The notes below the pieces were generated by a model that searched no databases, was not told where the DNA came from, and was given only the letters and a program-made list of their open reading frames with translations. Shown here in pieces: positions 45,701 through 58,836 of a stretch of DNA of 64,000 nt. The stretch covers positions 9,672,001 through 9,736,000 of the forward strand of contig JBHGNT010000022.1 in the NCBI GenBank assembly GCA_043228905.1. The letters are read 5' to 3'. A program made the position numbers and the translations under genes. The DNA is from Azolla caroliniana (Eukaryota > Plantae > Polypodiophyta). Numbering within the stretch: position 1 is the stretch's first letter; the number at the start of each line of letters is the position of its first letter.

Positions 45701-48183
45701 GTTCTGGATGTAGACAGCCGTTCAGACTGCCTCCGCCCAATAGAATTTGGGCATGCTCTTCTCCTCCAGCATTGCCCTTGCTGCATCAATAAGCGACTGG
45801 TTCTTCCTTTCAGCAACACCGTTCTGTTGCGGTGTGTATCTGCAGCTGAACTCTCGTTGAATTCCCTTTTGCCGCAAATAACTGTTGAGTTGGCCGGAAA
45901 AGTATTCTTTTCCGCCATCCGACCGCAGGCATTTGATCTTCCTCTCCGATTCCCGTTCCACCATGCTTTGGAGACTCCGGAAACACTCAAAGACTTCACT
46001 CTTCCGCTCAATGAGGTAGATCCATGTGTGCCGCGTATAGTCGTCGATGAAGGAAATGAAATATCAACTCCCGCCAAGACTAACATTCTATGCCGGTCCC
46101 CACACATCCGAATGGATAAGGTCGAGCTTGTTACGGCTCCAGTTACATTCGGTAGGGAATGGAAGCCGGTGTTGCTTCCCGAGTTGGCAGGCTTCACATA
46201 CTTGGGCCTTCCGGCCGTTGAACTTCGTCAAACCAAAAACAACTTGTTTCGTTTGCAGGTCTTGAAGCCTCCGGTAATTGACGTGGCCTATCCGCTTGTG
46301 CCACAGGTCGATGTCCGATTCGACCTTTTGTCCTTTTGCAAACAGAGCGGTGCCGACGTCATTGGTGTCGAGGATAAACATCCTCCCGTCTCTACGCCCT
46401 TGCGCAATAATTTGGCCCTCTTCCTCGATGAAGCACCCGAGGTGCGTAAACCGCACCTGCATCCCTTGGTCGACGATCTGTTCGACCGACACCAGGTTCT
46501 TCGTGATTGTCGGAATGTGTAATACGTTCATCAGCTTCCCCTTCTGTCCGACGTGGCTCAAAGGGACTTCTCCGATCTGCACGATTGGGTGAGGAGTGTC
46601 GTCTCCGGTTTTGACTACTCCTGGTTGATCCGGTTTCTCCAAAAAGGAGAACCACTCTTTGTGGCTCGTCATGTGGTTCGATACACTGGAATCAACATAC
46701 CACACTTCCTCCGAATTGGAAGTGGTCTTCTTCATCGAGTTCGCCTCGTGCTTCATCACCAAGGTTGGCCCGTTACCGTTCTTGGATCCTCCCGATCCCT
46801 TCGCGTAGTGCGAGCTTTGCCAGCCATCCTTGCCGGCCTTGCTGGATCCAGATTTGTCCGAATCGGCGCGTTTTCTCTAGCACTCGCTTTCTCTGTGGCC
46901 CTTCTTGCCACAGTACCAACATTCCGTTGCAGATTTGTCTTCCCGGACACCGGCACCGCCTTGACTTCCCCTGCCTATGGAAGTTCCGGAACTGCTGTCG
47001 GCACGTTCTTTGTGCCTTCGTTCTTGCTCTTGCCGGCCGCCTCCATTGCGTGTCAACCTGCCTCGTCCACCACACCCACGGGACCGATCCACCTTTGTGT
47101 ACAACATCTGGTTGTCAGTGGTTCTCCTCTACAAGGAGCATCGACTGTAAGTCAAAGAATGACGGCGTATTCTCCCTTGTACATACTGCCGTTCGGAAAG
47201 CTCTAAACTTAGACGCCAGGCCCCCAAGACAGACCTATACCATCTCGTCTTCCTCTACGATAACGTTGATGGAGGCAAGCGAGTCACAGATCTCTTTGAT
47301 CCGGGCCGTGTAATCCGCCACCGAGATATCCTTCTGTCGAACATTGCTTAACTCCTATCAAAGTTGCAGCTTTCGGGTTGTGGTACTTGCAGCGAAAACC
47401 TTCTTCAGGTTTCCCCAAGCCTCTTTCGGCGTCTTGGCGTCTCGGATGTGACTCAGTAGCTGGTCTCCGACACTGGACGCGAAGTAGTACATCACTCTAC
47501 TTGCCGATTGTTCCCACACTGGGAACTCCTTATGTGCCGCATCAGTTGCTGTTTCGTTGGCTCCTTCAACGAAACTCCAGTAGCCATGCCCAAGCAGGTA
47601 CTGGTGCATCTTGTACAACCAAGATGCGTAGTTGGATCTATCGAGTTTCTCCACAGGGAGCGAGCTAGCCATTCCTCTATCCATCACTTCTCTATTTGTT
47701 GTTCTTACGACCTGTTAGGGTTTGCTTGCAAGCGTTTGTCGGTTGCAAAGGTTCTCAACCCTCGCACTCTGATACCATGTAAATGATTACTTGCAGAAGC
47801 ATTAGAAAACAGAGAAAGCAGAGAATACACAGAGTACACAGGAGAGACAGAGAGAGCAGAACGCAAAAGCTATATTCAAAACAATATAAACACTTTGTAC
47901 ATATAACTATGCTCAGTAGCACTATTTATACAAGTCCTCATGGAACTGACAAAAGTACCGCGTACTTCAATGCTCACACGAGCATCTGACACTTACTACG
48001 AGACTATAACTGCCTAGTAGTCTAAACTAATACTAGGCTTCCGGTTACCTATTGGATCCGGCTAACCGGCTCCCCAACTCTGTTGCTTGCCGGCTCGGTT
48101 GCTCACCGGCTAACCGATCCGTCTCGCTCACCGGCTCAGGCTTATCCAGCCGATCCGGCTCCAGTTGAGCTTGCCACTCAACA

Positions 48184-50826
48184 ACCTACTCGGAGGATCT
48201 TGTTGATCTCCTCTTTGACCTTAGCCGTGTAGTTGGGGTTCATACAGTATCGTCGTTGTTGGACTGGTCGAGCGTCATGCAGGAGGTGTATTTGGTGTTG
48301 GTAATATTGGGGATCCAATCCCTTCATATCAGTGTAAGACCATGCGAATACATCTTGATAATCCGTGAGCAGGCGCATGAGGGCTGACCGTTCGTCGGTT
48401 GGTAAGTTGTTAGCGATTTGTAGTGTACGCGGGTTCTTGTCGGAGCCGAAGTTGAGTGACTCGAGCGTTGATGCTTTGACTCGCTGGGAAATGGTGAGTT
48501 CCTGTTCAAACGTGTCCCAAGGGTGTCGTAATTCCGCGATAGTTGTGGAATCTAGCTCGTCTTGGGGAAGTGAATCTTCCATGACATCCTGTTTGGTGGT
48601 GTGCCGACGGCCGAGATGGCGTCTATTTCGAAGAGGGGTATGATAGTGGGATGATCTTCCAGGAAGTCATCCACCTCTTCGTCGGCTAACCCATCGAGCA
48701 TGTGTACCCCTTCCGCGTATAAGGGTGTGGTGTTGTGGGGCGTGGTTAGGCATTCTTCTGTTATTATCCATACCTTGGTCTTTCCCCGGCAGAAAGAGAT
48801 AATATTTCGCTGCTAATGTTGCTTAATATTTGTTGTGCGTAGCCAGGGTCGTCCAAGCAGCATTGGGTAGGCACCCGGGGCTTCGAGGCGTAACACGACT
48901 GCCAAGATAGTGAACATGTGGCCTCCTAACGTGAAGTTGAGGTGGCGGATTAACCCTATGGAGCGAACCAATCGCATATCGGCCATCCGAAGCCAAAAGG
49001 GGCAAGGTTCCCACTGGTTCAGACCGAGTTTGTGACATGTGGCCTCGTTGATGACGTTCACGTCGGAGCCACCGTCGATTATGCATCCATGAAGGTGGCA
49101 TCCCTTAATCATGATTTTCACGGTTGGATTCTAAGAATCCATGAGGGGTGGGCCCATCCCTGGCTCTGTCAGGTTAATAGGGGGTGTGGCTGATTTGGCA
49201 TTAGTCGTGAGCGTCACCAATGTATCCCGAAAGCGCGGTATGAGTGGTCAAAGCTTAATATGCAATGGCAGCGAGATCCTAGAACTGGTAAGGGCGTCCC
49301 ACAAATGGTCATCTTCTGCCGAGGTGGATGGTCCTGTGGACTGTGGTGCTCCGATGGTCACGTCCTGCATCTCTGTGTGCATCTGCTCAACGTTGCTTTT
49401 GTTGGCGGTGTTAATCCATTGCTTGGCTGCTTGTCAAACTTCATCTTGTACTTGCCATTGGGTAGCCTGGGTTTTGCTGCATGTAGTGACGTGTTGAACG
49501 TCTGCCATAATACTATTCACGGTCGGGGCCTTGCCGCGGTCTGTGGTTGGGCATTGGGTAGCATAGTGGCGGGGTTGGTTACACTTAAAGCAAGTAACCG
49601 GTGCCGAGTTACTAGTGTCACCGCGATCAGTGTGTGGGAGAGGGTGTGAGCGGTTCCCGGCCTCTTCTGTAGGCGTGTTGGCCTGTGGCGCATTATGGGG
49701 AAGAGTGTTGCACGGTACATTTTGAGGAGGGTCCTGACGATGATTTTCGTTATGTCGTCGATTGTTCCGCGAACCTCTATGAGAGTTCCTCCTATCGTGT
49801 CGTGAATATCGTTGATCGTACCGGTCATCCCAGTCGTCATCGTACCAGTCATACTCGTTGTTTGCTCTATATTGGTCATCGCGGTATTGGTCACAGCAGT
49901 CGTCCGATCTCCTACGGTTGTCGTGGCAGTAGTGGTCATCGCCGCGGCAGTAGTCGTCGTCACGGCGTTGATGATCCGGGGATCGTGGTCACTCGTCATC
50001 CCGATTTTGGTAGGATTGATGCTCATCTTGTCGTGAGTATGTATTTCGAGGCTCGATCTGGCGAACCGGAGCCATCGTTGTGCGGTTGAGCATGTTGTAT
50101 TCACATTGTTCGATCGTGTGAGATCGGGACTAACAGATTGGACAATGTGGCCGGTGAGGGCACTCGAGAGCCAGATGGCCCGAGCCCGAGCAGGTTGTGC
50201 ATTGGAGGGCTTGTTGGAAACGATTGTCCTCTTGAGGAAGGGTGCTTTGCAAAGAGCCCATGGAGAAAGTCGTGCTATGATGTGTCTGATCGATGGCGAG
50301 GACATGTGCGATGACTTGCTCGATTGTCTACGGAGACATCGTCGGCCAGTTGTCGATAGAGATCCTGAAACTGGATCGTGAACTGGGCAACCGTCTCGTG
50401 AGGTTCTTGGCTCATGGAAAAGAACTACCAGAGCAATTCGTGCTTCGGAATTTCGCGGTGAAATAATTCTAGAAACTTTGTTCGGACATCCTGGAACGTT
50501 GTGACCTCCCCCGCATCGAGGCGAGAATACCACCGAGCAGTTGGTCCATCGAGGGATAGAGCAAATTCCACGATTTTGGAGGACTCGATTTCGGCAGCCG
50601 ATAGCCGCTACGTCGAGTGGTTGGCCTGCCATGTGGACACAAAAGCACGAGTGTGCGATTCTGCGTCTGGGCCGTCTGTATATCGTGGGTAAGGGTAAGG
50701 CATGGTATCGAGATCCGGGTCTTCAGGTAAAGCCGAGAAAGGGTTAGGGTCAGGTTGGGTGACCTCTGGAGGGCTTGGCAAGGAGATCGGTGCAGAATCA
50801 ACTTGCAACTGGGTATCGGGTGGCAA
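48184..50826 (-). pseudogene. Host Gypsy gag, aspartic protease and RT N-flank
   Basis: Several Cys/His knuckles (for example CFKCNQPRHYATQC), protease IIDGGSDVNVI...LLGRPWL, DVFAWSYTDMKG...KVKEEI. Confidence 0.88.
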
Positions 50827-51007
50827 GGATGCAACCGGTGGGCCTCCTATAGTTCCTGGAAAGATTGGTTAGTGACTGTCGAGTCGGAAGTTCCTTCGAC
50901 CGGCTCAAGGCATCGGGCAAGTGGCCGAGACCGCGTGATGCGATTGGGCGTCATAATGGCGGTTGAGGTTTGACTCCTACGTAGTTCGTTGTGACCTTAC
51001 AGTTGTA

Positions 51008-51020
51008 ACCGAGCGTGCCA
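51008..51020 (-). promoter_or_regulatory. PBS of the host Gypsy, tRNA-Arg(UCU) type
   Basis: TGGCACGCTCGGT lies 5 nt inside the 5' LTR and resembles the Tat-type PBS TGGCACGCCC(A/G)GTGGGAC. Confidence 0.7.
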
Positions 51021-51025
51021 AATTG

Positions 51026-51527
51026 TGTTAACCGTTTCTGGAGGAAACACCTTCAATGAGCCCACAGGCTATCGGTATTAAGGGGTCGTGTTACGTGAAG
51101 GCTTCTTCTACACCGAGAAGACATTAGGGGAACGAGGAGCGTACATTGGCTACAACCCGGTAGACGTAGACGTAGCTAGGATTATGAGTACGGGGAGAAC
51201 ACACATATGAAGGAACAGTAAGAGCGAGATTTATATTAAATGAGAAATCTCACAATGAATATAGTACACGGCTCTCGGCCGGAAACAGTCTTGTGTAGAG
51301 CTAACGCTACTATACTAATCCTGCTAATAATCTAGGTATATCTCCCCCTACTGATGTATGTAGGTCTCGACTTATATAGTTTTCTTCTTTACACAGAGCC
51401 GAGCTGTCAGCTGATTGTGAGGGGCTCAAAACTCGACTATTTTAGTTCTACCTATTTCCTCACCTACTTTTCTACCTACCGGCGAGTTTACATATTTTGT
51501 AATTACATTTTTGGCCAATGGACAACA
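51026..51527 (-). repeat. 5' LTR of the host Gypsy
   Basis: TG...CA; direct repeat of 22997-23495. Confidence 0.95.
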
Positions 51528-51965
51528 CAAAGCAACATGACGATTACAAGTACCTTCTATATCAAAGAGCTCATTGAACAAAGATGAGAGGAGAAACAAG
51601 TGGGCTTAAGCTTTATGCCATGTTTAGACAAATGGGTCGACTTTTTGACCAAAGTTGTACCCAAATCTAGGCATGAGCTTTGTTTTAAAGAAATTCGTCT
51701 TGCTTGCTATGTAGTTCACCTTCCTAAAAAGGAGGGAGGATGTGAACACTAACAAGAGTAAACATTAATTACTTATTTACTAATTAGTGATAGATGAAAC
51801 TCTTGGAGTTGCACAATGTGAAAAGACAAACATAAGAGCTACCTCTTCATGAAAGGACACATTTGTGATTAGTACAAATATGATTTAATGTCAAGTTTTA
51901 TATAGACACTCATCATTAAGTCTTACAATCATTATTCCACTTAATACAATTTCATCATTTCATCA
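51528..51965 (+). mobile_element. Continuation of the old Copia relic: end of RNase H, PPT and probable 3' LTR
   Basis: FYIKELIEQ...VDFLTKVVP; PPT aaaaaggagggagga (51726-51740) followed by TG; right boundary uncertain. Confidence 0.6.
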
Positions 51966-52810
51966 TCTTATCTCGTGTTCTTCTATTATCACGTGATCTA
52001 AACGATAAACAATATGAATTTTGAATTTTATGACATCAAAATATAAGGCTATGTGAACCAAATTAAAGCAACAACTTTGTAAGATATTTTGCATGCATGG
52101 TTCAATGTAAAACTGTAGTGTTAAATAGTGGAAACAACTTGTATGCATGATATTGAATACTACGCAATCAAAAATATTATAAGGCTAGGGAAACCCAAGT
52201 GAAGGCAACTCTATGAAATATTGCATGCATTGTTCAATGTGAAACCCTAGTGGTGATTGTGGGAACACCATTAAAATAGTTTACATACACCTAGCAACAA
52301 GCTTATGGAGTTCCTTAAATTAGATTACTCTTTTAGCCTTGCAATACAAATGCCAATCGATTTCATAAAGACATACCAAAGCATTGGTTCCCAACTTGAT
52401 ATAATTATAAAATCGATACTATTTACCTTAAACCATTAGTATCCATTTGTCCAAATACATACTATACACTAGCATGGAAGGGTACAAAGCAAAATTGGAA
52501 GGAAACGATTCTAACTAATGTAATCATCCGAAACTTGGAACCAAAATGTTGATTCATATACATGGGTTATTGGGGTCCTAAAAAAATTCAATATTGTTAC
52601 TCATTTCTAGGCATACAAAGTGGTATGTATAAATTGTCTAGATTCCATGGCTATAGAATGCGAAGTCTCTACATTCTTTGGATTCCATGTCTATGTTCAA
52701 TCATCTAAAATGAGCCTCTACACTTCCCAATCATGCCTTATGATATATCCTCGCCATCATGTTCATTTCTCCTTATGTTACTAGGTTTTACACACATGTA
52801 AGGTATCTCA

Positions 52811-55702
52811 TCATGCCCATTCTCCTTCCATTAGGGGCTTCACATATAAATGACAACCATCATGATCCTTTCCAAATAGATGGAGGAGAGCTGAGCAAGA
52901 CTCATCATGTCGGACATTTAAATGGAGACCAAGTTCTTTCTCCAAATCATCAATGTTGATATAAGAATGAACTCACAACCTTAAAAGTTTAGGAAGTCGC
53001 AGGGAACAAGGGGAACAAATTGATAATACCCCATGGCACCTTGCAAATAGGCTGGATACATGGCTTTCCTCTTGTTTCCAAGCCCAACATTAGGGGGTGT
53101 GGGCTTTGTTGGATTCTTCACCTATTTACATTTATTATACATGCATTGCACATTCTTAGTATAACATGGAATGAAAATATGAAATAACATTAAATCCATA
53201 CACAACCAAAGCACAAGAAGAATGTAATCCATTATCTTCGCAATAAACATAAAATCAATGTAATTGTGGAAATACTTGTAGCTAAATACATAAAGGTTAC
53301 TAGTTCACAACCATATACAAACAAAGCACAAGAAGAATGCATGATCCAAAGCACAAGAATAGTGCATGTGCTTCCTCCCATACACAACAAGGTCGTTCGT
53401 CAATTTGTTCACAAAACACAATTATGCTTGAGAAATATTGAAGAAAACATCTTAAACTAGTCTAATGCAAGTGAATTAAAATAAGTGGATACATGAAATC
53501 TCTTAATTGTTATAAAAGTGGCCCCAACTTTGCTTCACTACGTGGATGAACCATGTTATCTATTTGAAGTCTTAAATCTACATTAGAAAGTACTAAGATA
53601 ACCACATGGAATCTAGCCTCTTAAATATGAACATGAATTGCGATCAAAGCATTGGCAAACAAGAGACAAACAACAAAACAATAAAAGGGAAATACCAATG
53701 TTCTCAAAAAGAAAAGCAATTTGTGATTGCTTGGATGATGAAAGACCCCTCCTCTTCTATGTTGAGTTGTGCTTGTGGAGAATTTAACTTTTCGGGTTTC
53801 GGAAGCTCAACTTTATACACCAAATGTGTATGGAACTGATTTCCTTTTCCTTTCCTATGTGTAACAATGCAAAACCTTCCCTCACCAGCCGCCCTTGCAG
53901 TAGGAACATGTCGTTCTCCTCGCGTAGCCGTGCTATAGTCCTCTATATGGGTTTCATGAATAAGAACTAAAACAAAAAGGCAAACCTACAAGTAACACTA
54001 CTCTATGAATTTCTCAAATACAACTAAAGGAACACTATTTGGAGTCTTTACTCATGATTGTTGGCTATCTAAATTTAATGAGATTGAGGAAATTCAAATT
54101 ATTATATAACCTCTAAATTATTGAGGTCAAGTTCGTATATAGACTACCATTTCATATTTTTGGAAATCTCAGACCATCATTCACGTCCCGCTAACATAGA
54201 TTTATCTACCTGAGGCTATCTTGACTTAGAAATAATGACAATCTTTATTAGCAGTAACAAAAATCTCTATTTAATCATGAAGATCAATTATAAGCTCCCA
54301 TAAAGCACTATTTTATGCATCATTTACCTGGGCCAAGGACTTTCTTAATATCATCCAAATTCATTGTCACCAACTCTACAAATCCCCAATATGGACGAGT
54401 TCTTTTCAAAGCATCAGGGAGACTCTTTCGCCCTAGAATTATGAACCTAAACAATTGTTGTCTCTCAATGTTCACCTTCTAAACACCAAATAGAGAGAAA
54501 ACACAATAAGTATAAACCAATTAACAAATTTTCAACAAAAATAAGAAAGCTAGTTTGGTTTTATTTTGCAATAAATGCGAGCAAAAACTAGGGTACCTCT
54601 TCTCCATAACCTCCTTCTCTTCCTTTGAAGAGTGTCAAATCTTTACCATGTTCTATGCCATCACTTGATGTTTTATCATGGCCAATACTTCCTTCTTGCT
54701 TCATTTGGTCTCCATGTCCACTTCCTTCTTTTGAACTAATTCTATCGTCTCTCTCACTATGAACATAATCTTTCTTCATACATTCTCCTTTGTTAGTTTT
54801 TCGTTCATAATCATTTCTATTCAATTTTGATGAATCAGATAACTCTTGCTTTTTGACATCTTCCTCCTTCGAGGTACCTGTCACTTCAATGTGATCCCTT
54901 TCATGCTCTTGATTTCTATTCTTTCGCAAACTAGCATGCATTTTTTCTTGCTCCTTATCGTGATCATCATGGGAACTTTCCATGGTACCTTCTTTACCTG
55001 AATCATGAGACTGCTTCACCATTTCTTTCCTCTTTCCAACCTCGGGTTTAAGGACCATATACATCCTTTGCACATCATCCATGCTTGTTGGGTGTTCTCT
55101 CTCAACTTTGGGTCTATAGAAAAAGAAGATTTCACCTTTTTCCTATAATAAAATGGCACGACAAAATATTGTCACCTTAATGAAAAAATTAAATCTGATT
55201 TAAAAATTAATACTTGCATGTACAAATAATATGTGCAACTACTACAGAAGAGTTAGTATTAATTATCCCCCTCAACTTTTGCCATTTAAGACCATATTAC
55301 TCTTCTTACGGATACAATTGTCATCACAAACTTCACTCCTCTAGGGTTACATTTAATCATCACCACATACTTCATCGCTTAAGTTGAGTTACGTAATAAT
55401 TATTCCAATAAGTAACTATTGCAATTTGCCATAGAAGATATAAGCAACTTTAGCAAACTCTTCATTATCTCTACATTGAAGAGAGGCAATTTTTCATTCA
55501 ACCTCTTTATCATTGCAAGGGCCAATTCAATATCCATTGCTCTTAAATGCATAAAAATTCACAAAGAACTATCAAAATAAAAACATACCAAGATCTCGAC
55601 AGAGGGACCATCAGGGATCATCAAAGCGATCACTAGACTTCGTTGTACTCTCTTTGTCATGTTTGTGAGCTTTGGCAGCTTCATGGCTACAAATATTTTC
55701 CA
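52811..55702 (-). pseudogene. AT1G16770-like conserved protein of unknown function, 5 exons, probably pseudogenised
   Basis: Exons about 55660-55589 (VEIL), 55142-54597 (EKGEIFFFYRPKV...DDVQR), 54478-54328 (GRKSLPD...PYWGFVE), 53942-53731 (YSTATRGERH...GEG...HTHLVY) and 53121-52811 (VKNP...DFLNF*GCEFILIS...KPLMEGEWA). In-frame TAA at 52981-52983 and frameshift near 52952. Confidence 0.8.
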
Positions 55703-56568
55703 TAGAAGAAAATTCCCTCTTGAATATAATAGGCAAGGAGAACAAGCTAGTTATGTTGAAAATAAGGGGTTTTGTGTTTGATGATCTAGTATGAAAAAGA
55801 AGACTAATTAGGGTTTTGCAAGCATAGAATTGTGCTCTACAACATGATGATGATGATGAAGATTTCACACTTGTGAGGCTCAATTTTCTCCACCATAGCC
55901 AATTTTCTCAATTTTCCTAGTTGGTTCAAGACAATTGGCAACTTCTTGCATGTTTGCCATGTCATACTTAGTTTCTCTAGGAAAACCTCACATGTGAACC
56001 TCTCTTGCCAAACTTAAGACAAAGTGAGTCATGTCCTTTGAAAGAGTGATTATAGGCACACCCACACGGAAATGCAAAGCACGCACATTCCATTTATAAG
56101 GGTTGTGGACATGAACTCTCCTCTACCATGAAGGCTAGACCGTACATGACATTTTTCCTAGCCCATGCATCGTGTGTTCTGAAAGAATCACAATCTTGCA
56201 CACCTTGATTGAAATGTAGGGTGTTGAATGAATGACCTTGACATTTCTCACATATTGACAACCTTCGTGTACATATAGCTCTACAAACCCCGAAAATGAC
56301 AAGGTTAAATGCATGTTGTATTATTGATGGTGTAGGAGACATTCCCGACATTTGCTAATGTTGTAGGAAACATCTACATTATTGTCACCAACAATAGTAT
56401 CATAAATGTAGGCATTTTTATCATTCCTAGAAATTCAACCCCACTAGTGTGAAGTGCGCTACAATGTTCGAATATTTTTGTTTCGAGGAATAATACGATA
56501 GCTACCTCATATAAACAAACAAATCATAAGAGTTAATCAATTTAAGTTCAATACACATAATTGAATAT

Positions 56569-57373
56569 TGTAGGAAAACAATAACATTATATGTTCAGAT
56601 CACAATTGATCGAACAAGAAACATTATACATATGAATACATTTATGAGAACACTCCACGATTAGCAAAAACAACCTAGTCAATTCGTTGATGATCTGATG
56701 GGGGTTAGACCCATAAGTAGATGAGAAAAATGTGCTGAAATATTCACACGGTAAACAGAAAACAACAAAGTACACAATACACAGTTTTACGTGGAAAACC
56801 ACAGGAACAGATATTCCACTATATCAACAGGAGTCCAGGGAGAAAAGAAGATTACACATATTTGAAACCTAGAGAATACCCCTTAGGGTTTAAGGCAAGT
56901 TCCACTGAACCATGTCATCGCTCTCTCGTCTCTTTGTCTTACTCTCTGTTACTCTTAGTACAACAACACTTCGTTATGTTCTACACTACACACACTAACA
57001 CTATGTTTGCCCTAGGTGTATTTATACTCATACACAATATGGGCTATTTACAAACATAGCTTTCATTATAATTAATCTTAGTTGATCAGCCAACTAATCG
57101 ACTCCTATGTCGATTTTCTAGTCGGCCCGTCTAGCCGACTCCCATGTGGGCTATCCATTCGGCTCGACTAGTCGGCCTTCTCCTTGACCAGGAGCATCCA
57201 TGATGTAGTCGACTCTCTCTATCTCCTTCAAAGCACCGAGCAATCGACAACCCTGTCGACTCGCTGGTTGATCCAACCGACCATCCAATGTCGGCTTGTC
57301 TCTGTTCGACTATTGACTTCTCTCATAGACATCGACTGTCAACTTCTCCCATAGGAGGGACATATTCCTAACA
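56569..57373 (-). mobile_element. Solo LTR related to the Tnt1/Tork-like Copia-1 LTR
   Basis: tgtaggaa...ttcctaaca termini; shares tttacgtggaaaacc, cactat, tatttatact, ggctatttacaaa and ggagggac blocks with 30695-31362; no adjacent PBS or PPT. Confidence 0.7.
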
Positions 57374-57469
57374 GGATCAAAGTCACGCTTGGAGACTAAT
57401 GGCACCCGAGATATCACTATCTTCATCAGAGGCATGTCGACATTGCAATTGTCATCCTTTAAAAACGAT

Positions 57470-58135
57470 CCTATGTCTATTTGTATGTACATACGTACAT
57501 AGGTATTTATGTATGTGTGTGTGTGTATGTATGTATGTATGTATGTTTGGACATATGGTTGGCATACATGAATGTATTGTATGAATGTTATGTAATTATG
57601 TATGTATGTTGTATGTTTGGACATACTATAGGGATGTATTCATACATTTATGTATTGTATGAATGTTATGTAATGTATGTATGTATGTACATACGTACGT
57701 ACGTATTGTATGAATGTTTGTAGATATGTACGTATGTATTGGATGAATGTTTGTACGTACGTACATATGTATGTATTGTATTGTATGAATATACATATGT
57801 ATTCATGTATATACATATGTACGTATATCCGATGGATGTATGCATTATATACACAAAGAAATACTTGCCTAACATGGTACTAGCTCTAAACCCTAAACCT
57901 AAATCGTAAGCCTCTATACGAACCCTAAACCTAAACCCTGTATGATTATGTTTACATGTGTATGTATGTTTTGCATAAACATAATTTAAACCTAAACCTT
58001 TAAACCCTAACTTCATTAAAATACTCAGTGAGAGAAAAACAGAAATAATGTATGTTTTGCATAAGCATAAATTTAACCTAAACCTTTAAACCCTAACTTC
58101 ATTGAAATACTCAGTGAGAGAAAAACAGAAATAAC
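57470..58135. repeat. TATG-rich simple repeats, aaacccta/aaaccta motifs and an approximately 85-bp tandem duplication
   Basis: Visible low-complexity tract; tgtatgttttgcataa...gagagaaaaacagaaataa occurs twice (about 57964-58134). Confidence 0.85.
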
Positions 58136-58836
58136 TGGTATTTCCTTAGCCCAATGGGTGTGATTCCTCATTGACAGAATTTCTGGCACTAATAATACAT
58201 ATACAAAAATGATCGATTAATTTGTAGAAAAGGATAAAAAAACCTAGAATTTGCCACAATGGGCGCCATTCTATTACCTATTGCCACAGCATTACCCTCT
58301 GTGCACTTGTCGAATTACTTGAATCCAAGTTTTATAATGTATCTAATCTGTATGTGCATATATTTTACGTATATATTCAAGTTTTTTTTATAATGTATCT
58401 AACATTCAATCTGTATTCATTCAATCGACGCTATATATTCAAGTTTTTTTATAATGTGTCTAACATTCAATCTGTATTCATTCAATCGACGCTAATCTTT
58501 GTTCAAATTCACACAGCTATTTAATATCTACATGTTCGAATGGTTTAATCTGCAAAAGCTTCATGTGAGAGGGCAAATTCTGTCGCCAATCTTTGTAAGC
58601 ATTAACTGGAAACTGATTGACGCAAATCGATCGAAGATTACATCTCGTAAAAGAGACATTGTGGCTCAATCGAACAAAGTTTTAGCATCGATGGAACAAC
58701 GGAAAAGAAATCTAGCAGAGTTCAATATAAAAGACTTGGAATACCTTTGTAAGAGCTACTTACAGTACTGGTTGTACCCACTTCACCCAATCCCTTTCTC
58801 ATCATTTTCCGTCTTTTAATCTGTGGCAAAGACGTC

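Larger units (their letters stand above)
36856..48183 (-). mobile_element. Ty1/copia element (Copia-2), disrupted, inserted in the host RT
   Basis: TSD ACCTA at 36851-36855 and 48184-48188. 5' LTR 47778-48183; 3' LTR split into 36856-37101 and 42749-42908 (406 bp, about 94%). Met PBS 47766-47777; PPT 42909-42920. gag-pol fragments 43277-47687. Confidence 0.96.
22997..51527 (-). mobile_element. Non-chromovirus (Athila/Tat-like) Ty3/gypsy retrotransposon hosting nested insertions; about 9.7 kb net of insertions
   Basis: LTRs 22997-23495 and 51026-51527 (about 93% identical by hand count). TSD CAAAG at 22992-22996 and 51528-51532. gag-PR-RT-INT all on the minus strand. Confidence 0.95.

Noticed and set aside
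49517-50632. 371-aa novel protein
   Set aside because: Alternative frame of the degraded Gypsy gag; the Cys/His knuckles lie in another frame
57888-58098. Interstitial telomere
   Set aside because: Only scattered, degenerate aaacccta motifs in a simple-repeat region; no TTTAGGG array
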